Assembly: GCF_006345805.1 (NCBI RefSeq)
Contig: NC_043001.1
Coordinates: forward strand, 52,886,001-52,950,000
Direction: 5' to 3'
From: Octopus sinensis
Taxonomy: Eukaryota
Length of the DNA: 64,000 bases
The notes beneath the pieces were generated by a model. That model did no database searches. It had not been told where the DNA came from and worked only from the letters and a program-made list of their open reading frames with translations. Numbering within the stretch: the first letter of the stretch is position 1; each line of letters begins with the position of its first letter. Below, one piece after another: positions 51,840 through 64,000 of this stretch. A program made the translations under genes and the position numbers.

Positions 51840-52709
51840 CCTATATATAATCCATATCGAAAATATAGACTAATTACCACGAATTCCAATAATTCCTTAA
51901 ATGCTGTACATAGATATAATTCTGATAATAATTTTAATAAAATAAAGAATTATAAATATATTTATAATAATGATAATAATAATAAGGTTAATAAGAATAA
52001 AATTTGGTTAATAGTTCCTTATGGAGATCAAGTTAAAACGAATATTATTAAAGAGATTTTAGATGTTATAGAACTATTTATTAGAGATAATCGTAAATAT
52101 AGAAACATTTTCTCTTTTAATAATTTTGGAGTTGGTTACTCTACCACTAATAATGTTGGTAACATTATTTCTTCATTTAATAAATATAAACTGAATAATT
52201 TTTATAAAAAGAAATTATTTGATAATAATATTAATAATGATAAGACTTATATTAATTGTACATGTAGAGATAAATCTAATTGTATATTAAATAATAATTG
52301 TGATATTAACGATGTAGTGTATAAATGTATAGTTACATTACATGATAATAACTTTAAGAATAATAATTACACAAAAGCGGTTTATATAGGTTCTACTTCC
52401 TCAAAAATAAAACTAAGAATTGCACAACATATGAATTCTTTTAAAAATAAAAACTTAATCAACTCAACCGGACTTAGTAAGTATATTTGGAGTCTTAAAT
52501 CACTAAATATTAATTATAGTTTAATATGGGAAATAATTTGTAAAACTAAATCATATAATATAGGAGCTAATTGTTGTTATTTATGCTCTAATGAGTTTAA
52601 AGAAATTTTATTTTATAAGTATGATAATTTACTTAATACTGGGGAGGAGCGCAAAATAAAATGTAGACACAAGTTACTTTACTTATATAATAAGTTTCAT
52701 GATAAATAG
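51840..52709 (+). CDS. Stop-free 290-codon frame: PLE linker, Cys motif and GIY-YIG endonuclease (no RT, no ATG start seen)
   Basis: My translation extends ORF 52317-52709 upstream without stops: IWLIVPY..VKTNI.K..L...RNIF..N...GYS..NN...IIS..N...CTCR.K..C.L...C....VVYKC...YIGST...K.RI..H..SF...NST.LSKYIW.LK...CYLC.NE...LN...E...KCRH. Confidence 0.8.
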   Translation, partial: PIYNPYRKYRLITTNSNNSLNAVHRYNSDNNFNKIKNYKYIYNNDNNNKVNKNKIWLIVPYGDQVKTNIIKEILDVIELFIRDNRKYRNIFSFNNFGVGYSTTNNVGNIISSFNKYKLNNFYKKKLFDNNINNDKTYINCTCRDKSNCILNNNCDINDVVYKCIVTLHDNNFKNNNYTKAVYIGSTSSKIKLRIAQHMNSFKNKNLINSTGLSKYIWSLKSLNINYSLIWEIICKTKSYNIGANCCYLCSNEFKEILFYKYDNLLNTGEERKIKCRHKLLYLYNKFHDK

Positions 52710-55650
52710 CAATAATAGTTCCCTTTTAGGTTATTTTAGTTTAGTTTAAATTAGTTTAGATGATATATTTTGGTTATGTTGTCTAGGATTTAATTATAGT
52801 TAGTCTTTATTGATATTTCTTTGTTTTAATTAGTTCATTTTTAATGTATATTAATTTAGCAGTTTATGGTACGTTAAAACTTTAATAATTTATATTAGAT
52901 TTTTTTATTTTTTTATTTTTATTTTTATTTATTTTATTTTATTATGTATTTTTATTTTGCATTTGTTATATGTATTTTGAGGATATATTTATATGTTTTT
53001 GGGTGTTAATTAGTGGTGTTTTTATTGAGTTTTGTATGTATGTGTGAATGTTTAAGATCCCTTTGTTTTTTGTTTTTTATTTGTATGTTGAATTGACAGA
53101 TTTTATTTGGGTATTGTCTTTTATAATAAAGTACACACCCATAACAATTATAAGTGCCCACTTCATTCGTTGTACTTGGGTTTGCATGTGAGCCTCAGCA
53201 TATGCACCTAACGGCCACTCCAGCCCCACATGGATAAATAAACACATACATCCCCTAAAAATAATAATAAAAAAAAAAAAAAAAAAAAAAAATGGGAGTA
53301 ATCCCATTCACACCAATTATATGTATACAATTATACACACTTGAATAATACATACTAGCCCTAATATACAGAACATACTAATAATCACCAACTAACCACC
53401 ATCACAAATGAAACCCACACCCATACAATGACAAAACTCCCCCATACCCTATTTACACCTACATAGTAATCCCAATATATTCTTCCATACATGGACGCAA
53501 GTGCGTGAAGCACATGAACATAATTAGTACGTACAACCCCTAATACACACTAATATATACGTATCAAGCTCGACCTCCACAGTGATAAGTTTACACACAA
53601 TCACACCCAGATGGGTGAATTGCACAACCAGTGAATGCTCACACATACGGGCGTGATTACATTGTTGCATATATCGAGCCAAAATAGTATGCATATGTAC
53701 ATGTGAGGGGTACACGTAAATGAAGTGAGCGTGTACCCCCTGTATTTATACCCGTGCGTGAATATACACATGGAGACTACCACACAGGTACAAATGTGTT
53801 TAGAAATGGGAGCCCCATCACTACACTTAATGTATACTCTCACCCATCCGCACGGATGTGTAAGTGTATCTCCGGTGTATATGTTGAGGCTTATATGTAG
53901 AGTTGTTGAAGGAACGTCGTTGAAATTGTGAATGAATGGGTAGAGTTGGAATTGTAACCGGGTGGTGGACTAGTGTTGCTTGGAATTGTGAATGGATTAG
54001 GGTGGTAATGAGGTAGGCATTGAGTATGGGTTACTGTAAGTTGTTTGTTAGAGTTGCTAGGGTGAGCTAAAGCTCATAAATGTATATAATTGATTTTTCA
54101 TGATAGTTTTTAAAGAATCCATTCATAATAAATTTTTTTTAAGTAGCGTTGGTTTGCTACGTGGAAATAGTTTTTAGTTCCATTTATTATATTTCTCCAT
54201 TCATACTATGAATGACGTTTACTTTCTATGGCGCGTATTCTTTTTTTACATTAGTTATTTCCATGGTAACGTAATTTTGTTTGGTTTTTTAACGGCTAAG
54301 AATCTAATTTCACTTCATAATTTGTAACTGAATTGTAAGTATGTATTTGATTTATCCTTATGTCATAATGTTATTTTTGATATTCTGGTTAATTACGATG
54401 TATTTATTGTTGTTTTCATAAGAGTGTTTATGTATATGAGATTGGTTGTGAGTTTTTAATTGTATAATTAATTTATTTATCTGTATGAGTGTGGGTGTAA
54501 ATATTGTTGTATATATCGAGTTTTAGTGAGTATGTATATGCGTATATGTGAGGGAGCATATGTATCTGTTGTGTGTGTGTTTTGCGTGTGTGTGTGTTTG
54601 TGTGTGAATGTGTATTTGGGTTTGTTATTTAGGATTTGGGATGTATGTGTTAATTTGTCTGTGTGGGGAGGGAGTGGTTTTTGGTGTATATTGAGGTTTA
54701 TAAGTTAGTATAGGTTTGTGTATAAGTCTTGGGTCTGTGGTTTACGTGTGGGTTTTTTGTGTGTGAATGTTTAGGTTAGGGGGATTGCTATATAAGTTTG
54801 TTATAGGGTTTAGCAAAGGGAGATTTTATCGTTATATGTTTTATGAGTTTTGGTTTATCATGGTTTTTTTTAGGTAATTCGTGGTATTTTGTCTATTTTA
54901 GGTGTTGGTTATTTTTTTACATTGTTTCATTCATAATTTTTGAGTGGTGTTCGTTTTGCCACGTGAATAACCGGGTGGTGGACTAGCGTTGCTTGGAATG
55001 TGAATGGAATAGTGTAGTAGTGAGGTAGGCATAGAGAATGGGATTGGGTTACTGCAAGTTGTTTGTTAGAGATGCTAAGGTGAGTTAAAGCTCATAAATG
55101 TATATAATGTTTTTTGTGGGTGTGTAAGTATTGTTGTATATGTCGAGTTTAGTGAGTATGTATAGGCGTATATGTGAGGGAGTATATGTATCTTTTGTGT
55201 GTGAGTGTTTTGCGTGTGAGTGTGTGTTTGTGTGTGAATGTGTATATGGGTTTGTTATTTAGGTTTTGGGATGTATGTGTTAATTTGTCTGTGTGGGGAG
55301 GGAGTGGGTTTTGGTGTATATTGAGGTTTATAAGTTAGTATAGGTATGTGTATAAGTCGTGAGTCTGTGGTTTACGTGTGTGTATTTGTGTGTGAATGTT
55401 TAGGTTAGGGGGTTTACTTTATAGGTTTGTTATAGAGTTTAGCAAAGGGAGATTTTATCGTTATATGTTTTTAAGAGTTTTGTTTTATCATGGTTTTTTT
55501 TAGGGAATTCGTGGTAATTAGTCTATATTTTCGATATGGATTATATATAGGTTATATATGGATTATATACTTATATTTTTTCATTTATACTTTAATTATT
55601 TAAAAGTATTATTTTTATATTTTAAAATTTTGATTTTTTAGATTGGAAGT

Positions 55651-55693
55651 CCACCTGAAGATTGTCGATCAAGACAAGAAACGATTGTAGTGG
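55651..55693 (+). ncRNA. Candidate minimal hammerhead ribozyme in the right inverted repeat
   Basis: CCAC CTGAAGA TTGTC-GATCAA-GACAA GAAAC GATT GTA GTGG. The CUGANGA/GAAA core is canonical, the cleavage triplet is GUA, stem I has 4 bp and stem II 5 bp. Confidence 0.7.
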
Positions 55694-55868
55694 CGGTTTT
55701 TTTGACTATTTATTAAATTTTATGTATTGATTAAGTCTTTCCTTGTTTGTTTTGCAAAATAGTGGTTTTGTCTCAAATAATATTTTATAATATTTTACTA
55801 TAAAATTGGATTTAATCCTAAATCTGATTTTTTTTCCCTGTAAATTTGGATATATTCCCTAATATTTA

Positions 55869-56232
<364 letters not shown>

Positions 56233-56284
56233 TATATATATATATATATATACAAGTCTCTCCTCATCGAAAACCGGTGATTAC

Positions 56285-56329
56285 CGTACGTTGACGAGAG
56301 GCAAAAACCTCGAAACTATAGTCTGTGCG
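56285..56329 (+). ncRNA. Candidate minimal type I hammerhead ribozyme, best-formed in the window
   Basis: CGTACG TTGACGA GAGG-CAAAAA-CCTC GAAAC TATA GTC TGTGCG. It has a G10.1-C11.1 pair, GUC cleavage site, palindromic ACTATAGT, a 6-bp stem I with two G-U pairs and a C3U change. Confidence 0.75.
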
Positions 56330-56456
56330 TATGACTTAGGTTTACGAGAGGGGATGGCCTCCCTTTGCGAATATCATAAGGGCACAGAAAGTGTGTCTAA
56401 GGCCAGCTGGAGACGATGATCTTCTGGGGCTAAAAGTTTCAGTAACACCCACCCTT

Positions 56457-57368
56457 AGTGGTTCATAAAGTCTCTTTACAATTTTAAAAAAATATTGCAA
56501 AGGCACTTGATGAGATATTTTAACCAACTTTGTTTTATTTTAATAATTTTTTATTACAGTTTTTATTGATATTAATTTTTGGTGTTTCAGATACTCTGTT
56601 GATGGAAGGAAACTGATTCACTGAACCACTATAAAATGGCTACTCTTCATGAAAATGCACAATCTGTATCCTGGTTTATTGAGACAAAATCGGATGTTCA
56701 GACAATGTGAGATTCTGGGGATCAGAACACCCCTATGTGATTAGGGAGCTTCAACGGGATAAAAGTGAATGTGTGGTGTGGAATCATGTGCAATCGAATA
56801 ATTGGTCCATAATTGGTCCATCTTCAACGAGGTCCCAATTGCTGCAGATGTTTACCTCGACCTTCTGACCGAATATGTGGCACTAAAACTAATTGATTTA
56901 CAACCAACCATCATTTTCCAGCAAGATGGTGCACCACCACATTGGGGACGGCATGTTCGTCAGTTCCTCAATCAAACATTTCCAGACCGATGGATTGGAA
57001 GGGATGGGCCAATTCCATGGCCACTGCGTTCGCCAGATTTCACTCCATTGGACTCCTTTTTATGGGGTTATGTAAAAGATATTATGTATCAGACAAAGAA
57101 AGATACAGGACATTGCTGACTTGAAGCAAAGGATTCGTAATGCAATTGCCACTGTTGATGAGGCTATCCTACAGTGAACATGGCAAAAAATCGAGTACCG
57201 TCTTGATGTGCTTCGTGCAACTAATGGTGCCCGTATTGAGGTCTATTAAATAACAGTTATAAAAACTTTAATAAACAATTATTACAATAAAATAAATCTG
57301 GTTAAGATATCTTGTCAACTGACTTTGTAATAAAATTTTAAAATTGTAGAGAGACTTTATGGACATCT

Positions 57369-57370
<2 letters not shown>
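56457..57370 (+). mobile_element. Internally deleted Tc1/mariner element of the DD37D (maT)-like type
   Basis: ~70-bp TIRs (..CATAAAGTCTCT.TACA..). Fragments include KVNVWCGI...IGP and FQQDGAPPHW...VRQFLNQTFP.RWIGR.GPI.WP.RSPD.TPLD..LWGYVK. Confidence 0.9.
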
Positions 57371-57411
<41 letters not shown>

Positions 57412-57452
57412 ATGTGTGTGTGTGTGTGTGTGTTTGTGTGTGTGTATATGTA

Positions 57453-58463
57453 TCTTTATATATATAAAACTGAGAATGTGTGTCTGTCTGTCTGTCTGTG
57501 TGTTTCCCTAAAACTTGAGAACTACACAACCAATTTCAATCAAATTTTACACATGCCTTACTTAGGGTCCATGTAGTTTCATGGGCAAACAAAATGTTCA
57601 ACTTCTTGCCTAGAGCGAGCCCATAGCAATATCATATCTTCTCCACTATTTCAGTATTACGTGTTAAAAGTGAAACAAAAACGTTTCTGTATTTTATGTC
57701 AGATATTTTCACTTTAACAATAAAAATAAAAATAACAATTGAATTATATGTAGTAAGTAATAATTAAAATCAAACTAAAGTATAATATAATCGTAACAAA
57801 GTAAAAATAACAATTGGTATAAAATTGCATCAATGACCTGAACTTGAATAACTGGTTTCACATGAATGGGAATAAATTAAAAATAAAATTAGCGTGCAGA
57901 AATGGAATAGTCCAGGTGGATAATAAAAAATTAAATTAAAGAAAAGACTATTGTCTATAAAGTATACATTGTAGAGAAAAAAGAAGATTTGAACACATGG
58001 AGGAAAGCACCTTCGAAAAGTGTCTTGGTGCGACTATGAAAGGTATCTAATCAGAGGCGGTAAATTCGCCACAATAGAAGCAATGGAGTACTCGACTCGA
58101 ACTTGCAATGTGGAAATATTTTCTTTTTACCTTTATATCTGAGACGTAGGACGTCTCGGAAAAAAATTACAATGCCCATTCCCCACAGAAGTAGAGGTAG
58201 GCTGGATTGTAGCCACACTTCTATACAAGAGGGAGGACAAGATACAATTGATCGAAATTACAAGAGACGGGCTAACAATTCCAGTCTGTTATATATTTTG
58301 AGTATTGTTATCACTAGCGATATCAAGATATAACTTTGTATTTTGTATTTTATGTGTAGATGTATATATATAGATGTACATGTAATATGTACACAAATAT
58401 ATACACATATAGCACATAGAGCACTAGCTCTATGACCCGGCAACGACGGGTCTTTAATGCTAG
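57453..58463 (+). mobile_element. Complete 1011-bp non-autonomous Helitron
   Basis: Starts A|TCTTTATATATATAAAAC and ends GACCCGGCAACGACGGGTC-TTTAATGCTAG|T. Same family as 5565-7089. Confidence 0.9.
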
Positions 58464-58621
58464 TATATATATATATTTGTAAACAGCTGTAAGACCTTCT
58501 ATCTATAAATGCTCTAATATCTATACAGTCTTGGTTTTTTTAATCTCATTATGCAAAAAATTCATATAAACACGGTGACATAGAACCAATGTTGAACCCT
58601 TTATTCGCAATATTAACTATG

Positions 58622-58658
<37 letters not shown>

Positions 58659-60829
58659 CATGTATATTATTATTTGATTGAGCGCCACGCATCCATTTCC
58701 AAGTAAGCTTATCTTAATCTTTTTCATGAGACTCTACTCTATAGTTTTCTTCCCCGTCCTTTTCTCTAATTCACTTTCTCTCCCCTTCACCGTTTTCAAC
58801 CTGTCTCCCCTTGTTTCTTTTTTCTCTCTATCTCACGTTGCTCTCACGTGATCATCATCCATCTTTCTTTTCCTCAGGTGATCATCTGTCCTTTCCTTCA
58901 GGACTGTCCTAAAGACTGGACTATTCTATCTCTCTCTTCTATCTTTTCTCTTTTCAAATAAAATATTACGCCAACCTTCGGTATTTTACACTCTCCACTC
59001 TCCTGTTTTTGTTCCCAACTTTGATTCTCTATAAACCCAAAATTATGTTGTGAAATTTATGGGAGCATCTGTCTTCGAAATCTCTTTTTGTCGTTCAATG
59101 AAATCTCTTATTGTCGTTCAATGATCAAAATGAGGTGTAAATAGATGCCGAAAATTGATGAAGGGATGTTTTTTGTTACGTATGATGTATTACATTTGTT
59201 TCTCTCCTTGTTTGCGTATTGAACTCATTTGTTTACGTAATTCATGTTGTTTACTATTGCTGACATATATTATATTTTTGTCATATTGCTATATTATACT
59301 TTAATGGCATATACTCTGAAATATAATTTATTATGCTTACAACCTAATATATCGAACCTATATTTTAGTTTGATTTATACGTGTATTTATATTGATATTC
59401 ATAGTTTTTGTTATTTATGTCTCATTGTTTATAATCTATGATAAGAGATATTTTATGTATTGTGTGCCAATATCCCTTATGTTGTATGCAATATGTATAG
59501 ATATATTTTTTTATATATTATACACTTTAAATTCTCAGTATGAACGAATCTGCGACAACAGTTGGTTTTATGCGTTCTACACACCTCAAATCGTGACTTG
59601 GAAATTTACACCATACACCCTTCTTGTATTTTTCGTATATTTTGTTTCGTCTCATAACGTTATGCTTATTTATTGAATTGTGGTTATTATATATTTTCTG
59701 TCATTTTATTATTATTATTATCATTATTTTTTTCCGATTCACATTTTACTCGGTATTGTAAATTATTCTATTACATTACCTTATTTTATTATATCTTATT
59801 TTATTCCATTATACTATTTTAAACTGATTTTTACTTATATTATAAAATCATATAATATTATCGTCACTCTCTACACTTCCATTTTTTATCATTATTTACA
59901 TTGTCAAATATATAATCCTTCTTTTATTACTATCCATTTGCTTTCATATACGCTTTCATTGTTGCTTGTTATTGTACATTTCTTTACTTATCTAATTATT
60001 GATATGACGGCAAACAGTCTTGTTTCATACCCGCCCACTATCGTAGCTTCTCAGACTTATTGTCCCTCTCTTTTATGGTCCTTCCAGCCTTAAAGGGAGC
60101 ATATAGATGATTGCTAAATAAATAAATATATAGATAACTGGGTGACTTTACCCTTTGTACTAAGACATAAAACAGCTTATTGAATAGAATTTTTTAAATG
60201 AAAGAAACTAATTTTATCGTAGTTTTTGGAGTGAGGTGCTTCGCTAACTGACTCCCCCACCCCATTCTCTAACTTTCATTGCTATAAATTTTCGTTACCC
60301 CTGCACGCGCAGGACATCGCGTTACTTTCTCCTACGAAACTGAACTCACAAATTAATTCTGTGACTAGCAAGGGTCATAGAATCATGAAGGTGCACATGT
60401 CGTTTGCTTGTGAATGCTTTTCAATGCTGTGATTCATATAAGTATCTGATAAAACGGCTTTTTCTAATGAAGTAATGTCTCCATTCATCAAATAAAAATT
60501 CGGTAGAAACAATTAGTAGGTGAACGAAGGGTATTGGTAATCAGCAAATTTGGTAATAGTTACATATGTTGAATAAAAGTCAGATTTTTCTCCATATGAT
60601 TTAAAGATTCTTGAAACGTAGAACTCACAACTCTTGTCTGGTATCTCCTAATGCGAACTGAGTCCGAATTGTCCTCCGCGCTCACGAAAATTAAATAATA
60701 CCCAGCTGAGTTAAACTGGTATAAAATATATAGTGATATAAATAGTGCAAATTAAGGTAGAACAAATAAATGAAAGTATATGTGAATAGGTAAATAAAAT
60801 CTATAATATTAATTATAAATGTTGTCACA

Positions 60830-61025
60830 GGGTAGCAAATTGGAGAGAGTGGCTGAGCCTATTACATCCAGTACTCAAAAGGTGCCCAAATGTTACTTAA
60901 TTTATTGACCCAGAAATGAAATGCAAAGTCGTCCTCGGCGGAATTTGGACACAGACTGTAAAGTCAGACGAAATGCCGCTATGCATTTCGCCTTGCGAAT
61001 TAAATATTCTTCCAACTCAACGCCA
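60830..61025 (-). mobile_element. Decayed SINE (55998 family)
   Basis: GCAAAGTCGTCCTCGGCGGAATTTG...GACGAAATGCCGCTA.GCATTTCGCC is homologous to the reverse complement of 56020-56100. Confidence 0.7.
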
Positions 61026-61179
61026 GAATAAAATATATAATATCAACAATAAATTTACATAAGAGAAACATTTATTATGAAATAGTTAACAATTACCAAT
61101 ATTCCAAAATAATGAAAAGTTCGCTACCCTCTTCCAACAGATCCAAACCGTTTTAACGGAAAAGAAAAGGAGTAATCAA

Positions 61180-62770
61180 CAAGATTTGATTGTAAAAACA
61201 AGCAACATCTACTGATACCCAAAATCCGTTAGTGAAGTTACATATAAAAACTGTAGCAGATCAACCCCATTGGATTCTAACTTCAATGACAGAACTGACA
61301 GACATATATGTGGGACTGCAATGGAAACAAGGGTACCCCCTACATTTGCTAACTTTATCATGGCGTACTAACAAGTGCAGATATACGAACATGTCAAAGT
61401 GAAGTTTCGCGATAACTTCCATTAATACATATTCGGAAAATGGAATTGCTCCCTGGACGATTGTTTATTCTGTGATTTAATTAATAATACAAACAATATT
61501 ATCCAATTTACAACGGAATAATCAAAAACAGCTACCACCTGTGAACATCCTAATCATAAGAAAGAGATATTAACGTTAAAACTGGGATCTACTTTAAACC
61601 AGCAGACTAAAATCAATATCTTCCATAGTCGTCCTGCATCTAAATCACGCTATAATCAATATATATTTTAAATTGATTTCTAATTTTGGCGCAAGGCCAG
61701 CGGTTTAGCAGGAGAAGATAAGTCGGTTACATCAGCCTCAATGAATGACTGGTACTCATTTTATAGACCCGGACAAAAAGAAAGCAAACTCAACCTCTGC
61801 AGAATTTAACTCTGTGCATAAAGACAGCTGCAATGCCGCTAAACATTTTGCCCAGCGTGCCAACTATTCTGTCAGCTCGCCGCCTTGAATATACCTTTTA
61901 AATTGCCAACAAGAATTTTAATAATTGTTTCTCTCATTCCTAAAATAATGGAAAAAATGACTCTAAGAACTTACAAATATATCACTGGAAAATAAATACC
62001 TGGTCAGTTTAATTAGTAACGGAATAGAACGTTTAAAAATGAGAGACATCTAAGAGTTGCGGAAAACAATAAAATCCTCTGATACACTTAAATCTTTATC
62101 TCATCTATCAAAACGTGAATCCAATCTAATACACATGAAAGCATACATTATCTATCAGAATAAACCCCTGTTTATGAAAGGCCTGCGATTGAAAAAAGTA
62201 CTCGAAAAACATAAAAATTATTAAAAGACAAACTACATATTAAAAGACATTCAAGTTACTAGCGCCAAACTACCAACCAAAAATATAACTCCAGTAGTAA
62301 AGAAATATAGCCACCCTAATCGCGAGACGGACATCAAACTTATGAAAGTCTCAATATACGAACTGGAGTCAGGTCAAACATTCACCATAAAAGTACACTT
62401 CACCTGTGCAGAGAGAAACTTGTTCACAAATGCCGAAGATATGATAAAGGTTACATAAGTCAAACGATTTTCAGTTTGAATATCAAAATGAAGGCACACA
62501 AGCAATACATTCAGAACCCCCACAATAGAAGATTCTCGTAAGGAAAATTTTACAAGAAATGCACCGGAAACACACTAGCCCAACTCCGATTGAATATGGA
62601 AAATATGTTTACATATTAAGAACTACAAACCAAAACTAAATAACTTGTAACTACACAAAAAATTCATTAACGAAAAGCGCCTACAAATAACAGACATAAA
62701 TCAATGGTTTAAGGAATGGTCTGTCTCTGTGATCAGAAACTTAAATCAAACTGCTGTATATTAACGCATT
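61180..62770 (+). mobile_element. Decayed Penelope-like element (RT domains 4-7, thumb, GIY-YIG), interrupted by a SINE
   Basis: FN.....I.GTAM.T...PTFAN..M, W...LDDC, IYFKP.D..QYLP..SC, NIPF.L..RI and F.I...FTC...NL...C...YI.QT....HKQ.I. Many stops. Confidence 0.8.
61680..61887 (-). mobile_element. SINE (55998 family) inserted in the PLE
   Basis: The reverse complement begins AAGGCGGCGAGCTGACAGAATAGTTGGC and carries GAGTTAAATTCTGC at the B-box position. Confidence 0.75.
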
Positions 62771-64000
62771 TCACATTCGCAGACACTACGCTTATCCAGT
62801 TAGATTAATTTCTGGTCAAAACCGAACCGTCAGGAAAAATATTCAGTTGACCGACAAATGTGGCTTCTTAAAAGAATCAACAAACCGGAACACTGGTCGT
62901 CAGTCAGAGAAAAATAAATTACCAGAACCTTCGGAAAAACAAATGAGGTTTGCAGAAAATCAACCAACAAGACAGTGCCTCTCTACTAGTCTAAAACAAG
63001 TGAACAAATGAGTTGAAAACAAGTGAAGTCCCCTGTAAGTCAAGCAACCAGATCCTTGCACTTCTGGAAAACCAAAATATGTGAACAGATCATCCGAAAA
63101 CAAGCTATATGTTCGGGCCCGTCAGCCCCAAAAGGAAAACTATATAGAGAAAGCAATTTCAGTTCAAGTGATGACGAATCATCCTTTATTCTCTAAGATA
63201 GAAATTGTGAAAATATATGTTTTGTTTTTTTTTTTTTTGCTTTTCTTAATCTTTCAAAAACTTCATCGTATCTATTTTTTTATAAAACACAAAGTTACGA
63301 AATTTTCAGTCACGTGTGACTGCTATTGAGATTCATCAAATCTCTATTACTTTCAATCTCTCTTTCGTATCGGAATTTGTATGAACATTTGATCTTTTTA
63401 AGTATATATTTTCCAAATTTTCCCTTGCATATTTCCATTCACTACTGAAAAATAGAAAATTGTCGAAATCAGTTTGGTATTTAAATCAATTTTTACAAAA
63501 TTTAAAAACTACAGCACATTTTGATATTATCGGATTTGATCTTGTTGCTTTCAGAATGTAAATGTCACAAAAGCAGCAAACATACTGTCAAACCTTGTGC
63601 TTACAAAAAAGAGAAACACTTACAAATTTGTTTAGAATAAATTCTACACAATAACATAAATCCAGTATTAATAAATAATGTTTTCTGCGAAATATATCTC
63701 CGAATAACACACAGACGCACACATACACACACACAAACTCACACCCACACACACATAAATGAGTGTGTGGGTATATGTGGGTGTGTGGGTGCGTGGGCGT
63801 GTGTATACAGCAAAAGAAGTATAGAAGTGTGCTAATTTTAACATGTATTCTGGTAAAACATGATTCATAGTCACGTCAATGATCACTAAATCGCGTTCCA
63901 ACCACTACAGTCTACAGCCGCCTATTTCCAGATACCAGCAGAATTAAATGATACCTTCCAATGGAGCAGATGAGCCCATCCTAGGGACTACTAATATGTA

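Noticed and set aside
52710-55503. Mitochondrial insertion (NUMT), suggested by G/T strand skew
   Set aside because: No mitochondrial gene, rRNA or tRNA motif was recognised, and the region is enclosed by PLE repeats.
59990-60060. Hammerhead-like string on the minus strand (AGTCTGAGAAG...GAAACAAGACT) after a T-skewed 0.9-kb tract
   Set aside because: The core lacks CUGANGA spacing, stem II is poor and there is no NUH cleavage triplet.

Overview
AT-rich, microsatellite-dense eukaryotic DNA. The SINE, LINE and Helitron content looks like an octopus or other coleoid cephalopod; this is inferred from pattern recall, not from a search. I found no convincing host protein-coding gene, rRNA/tRNA gene or CRISPR array, and most ORF-track entries are translated microsatellites. 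The window is a mosaic of mobile elements: R4/Dong-clade LINE fragments stacked inside (TAA)n tracts, three Penelope-like elements (PLEs), many Helitrons, mariner/maT relics, an RTE LINE ending in three C2H2 fingers, tRNA-derived SINEs and an internally deleted 5S rRNA pseudogene. The strongest signal is a set of minimal hammerhead-ribozyme (HHR) motifs in four unrelated repeat families, repeatedly arranged as inverted pairs with their tails pointing outward. The best case is a composite unit of tRNA-like head, (AAT)n and HHR tail. It forms a head-to-head palindrome at 10878-14576 once two Dong insertions are removed, and the same layout recurs at 25747-29405. A second notable case is a young PLE at 51602-55875 with 286-bp identical inverted repeats, each carrying an HHR, around an uninterrupted GIY-YIG reading frame.
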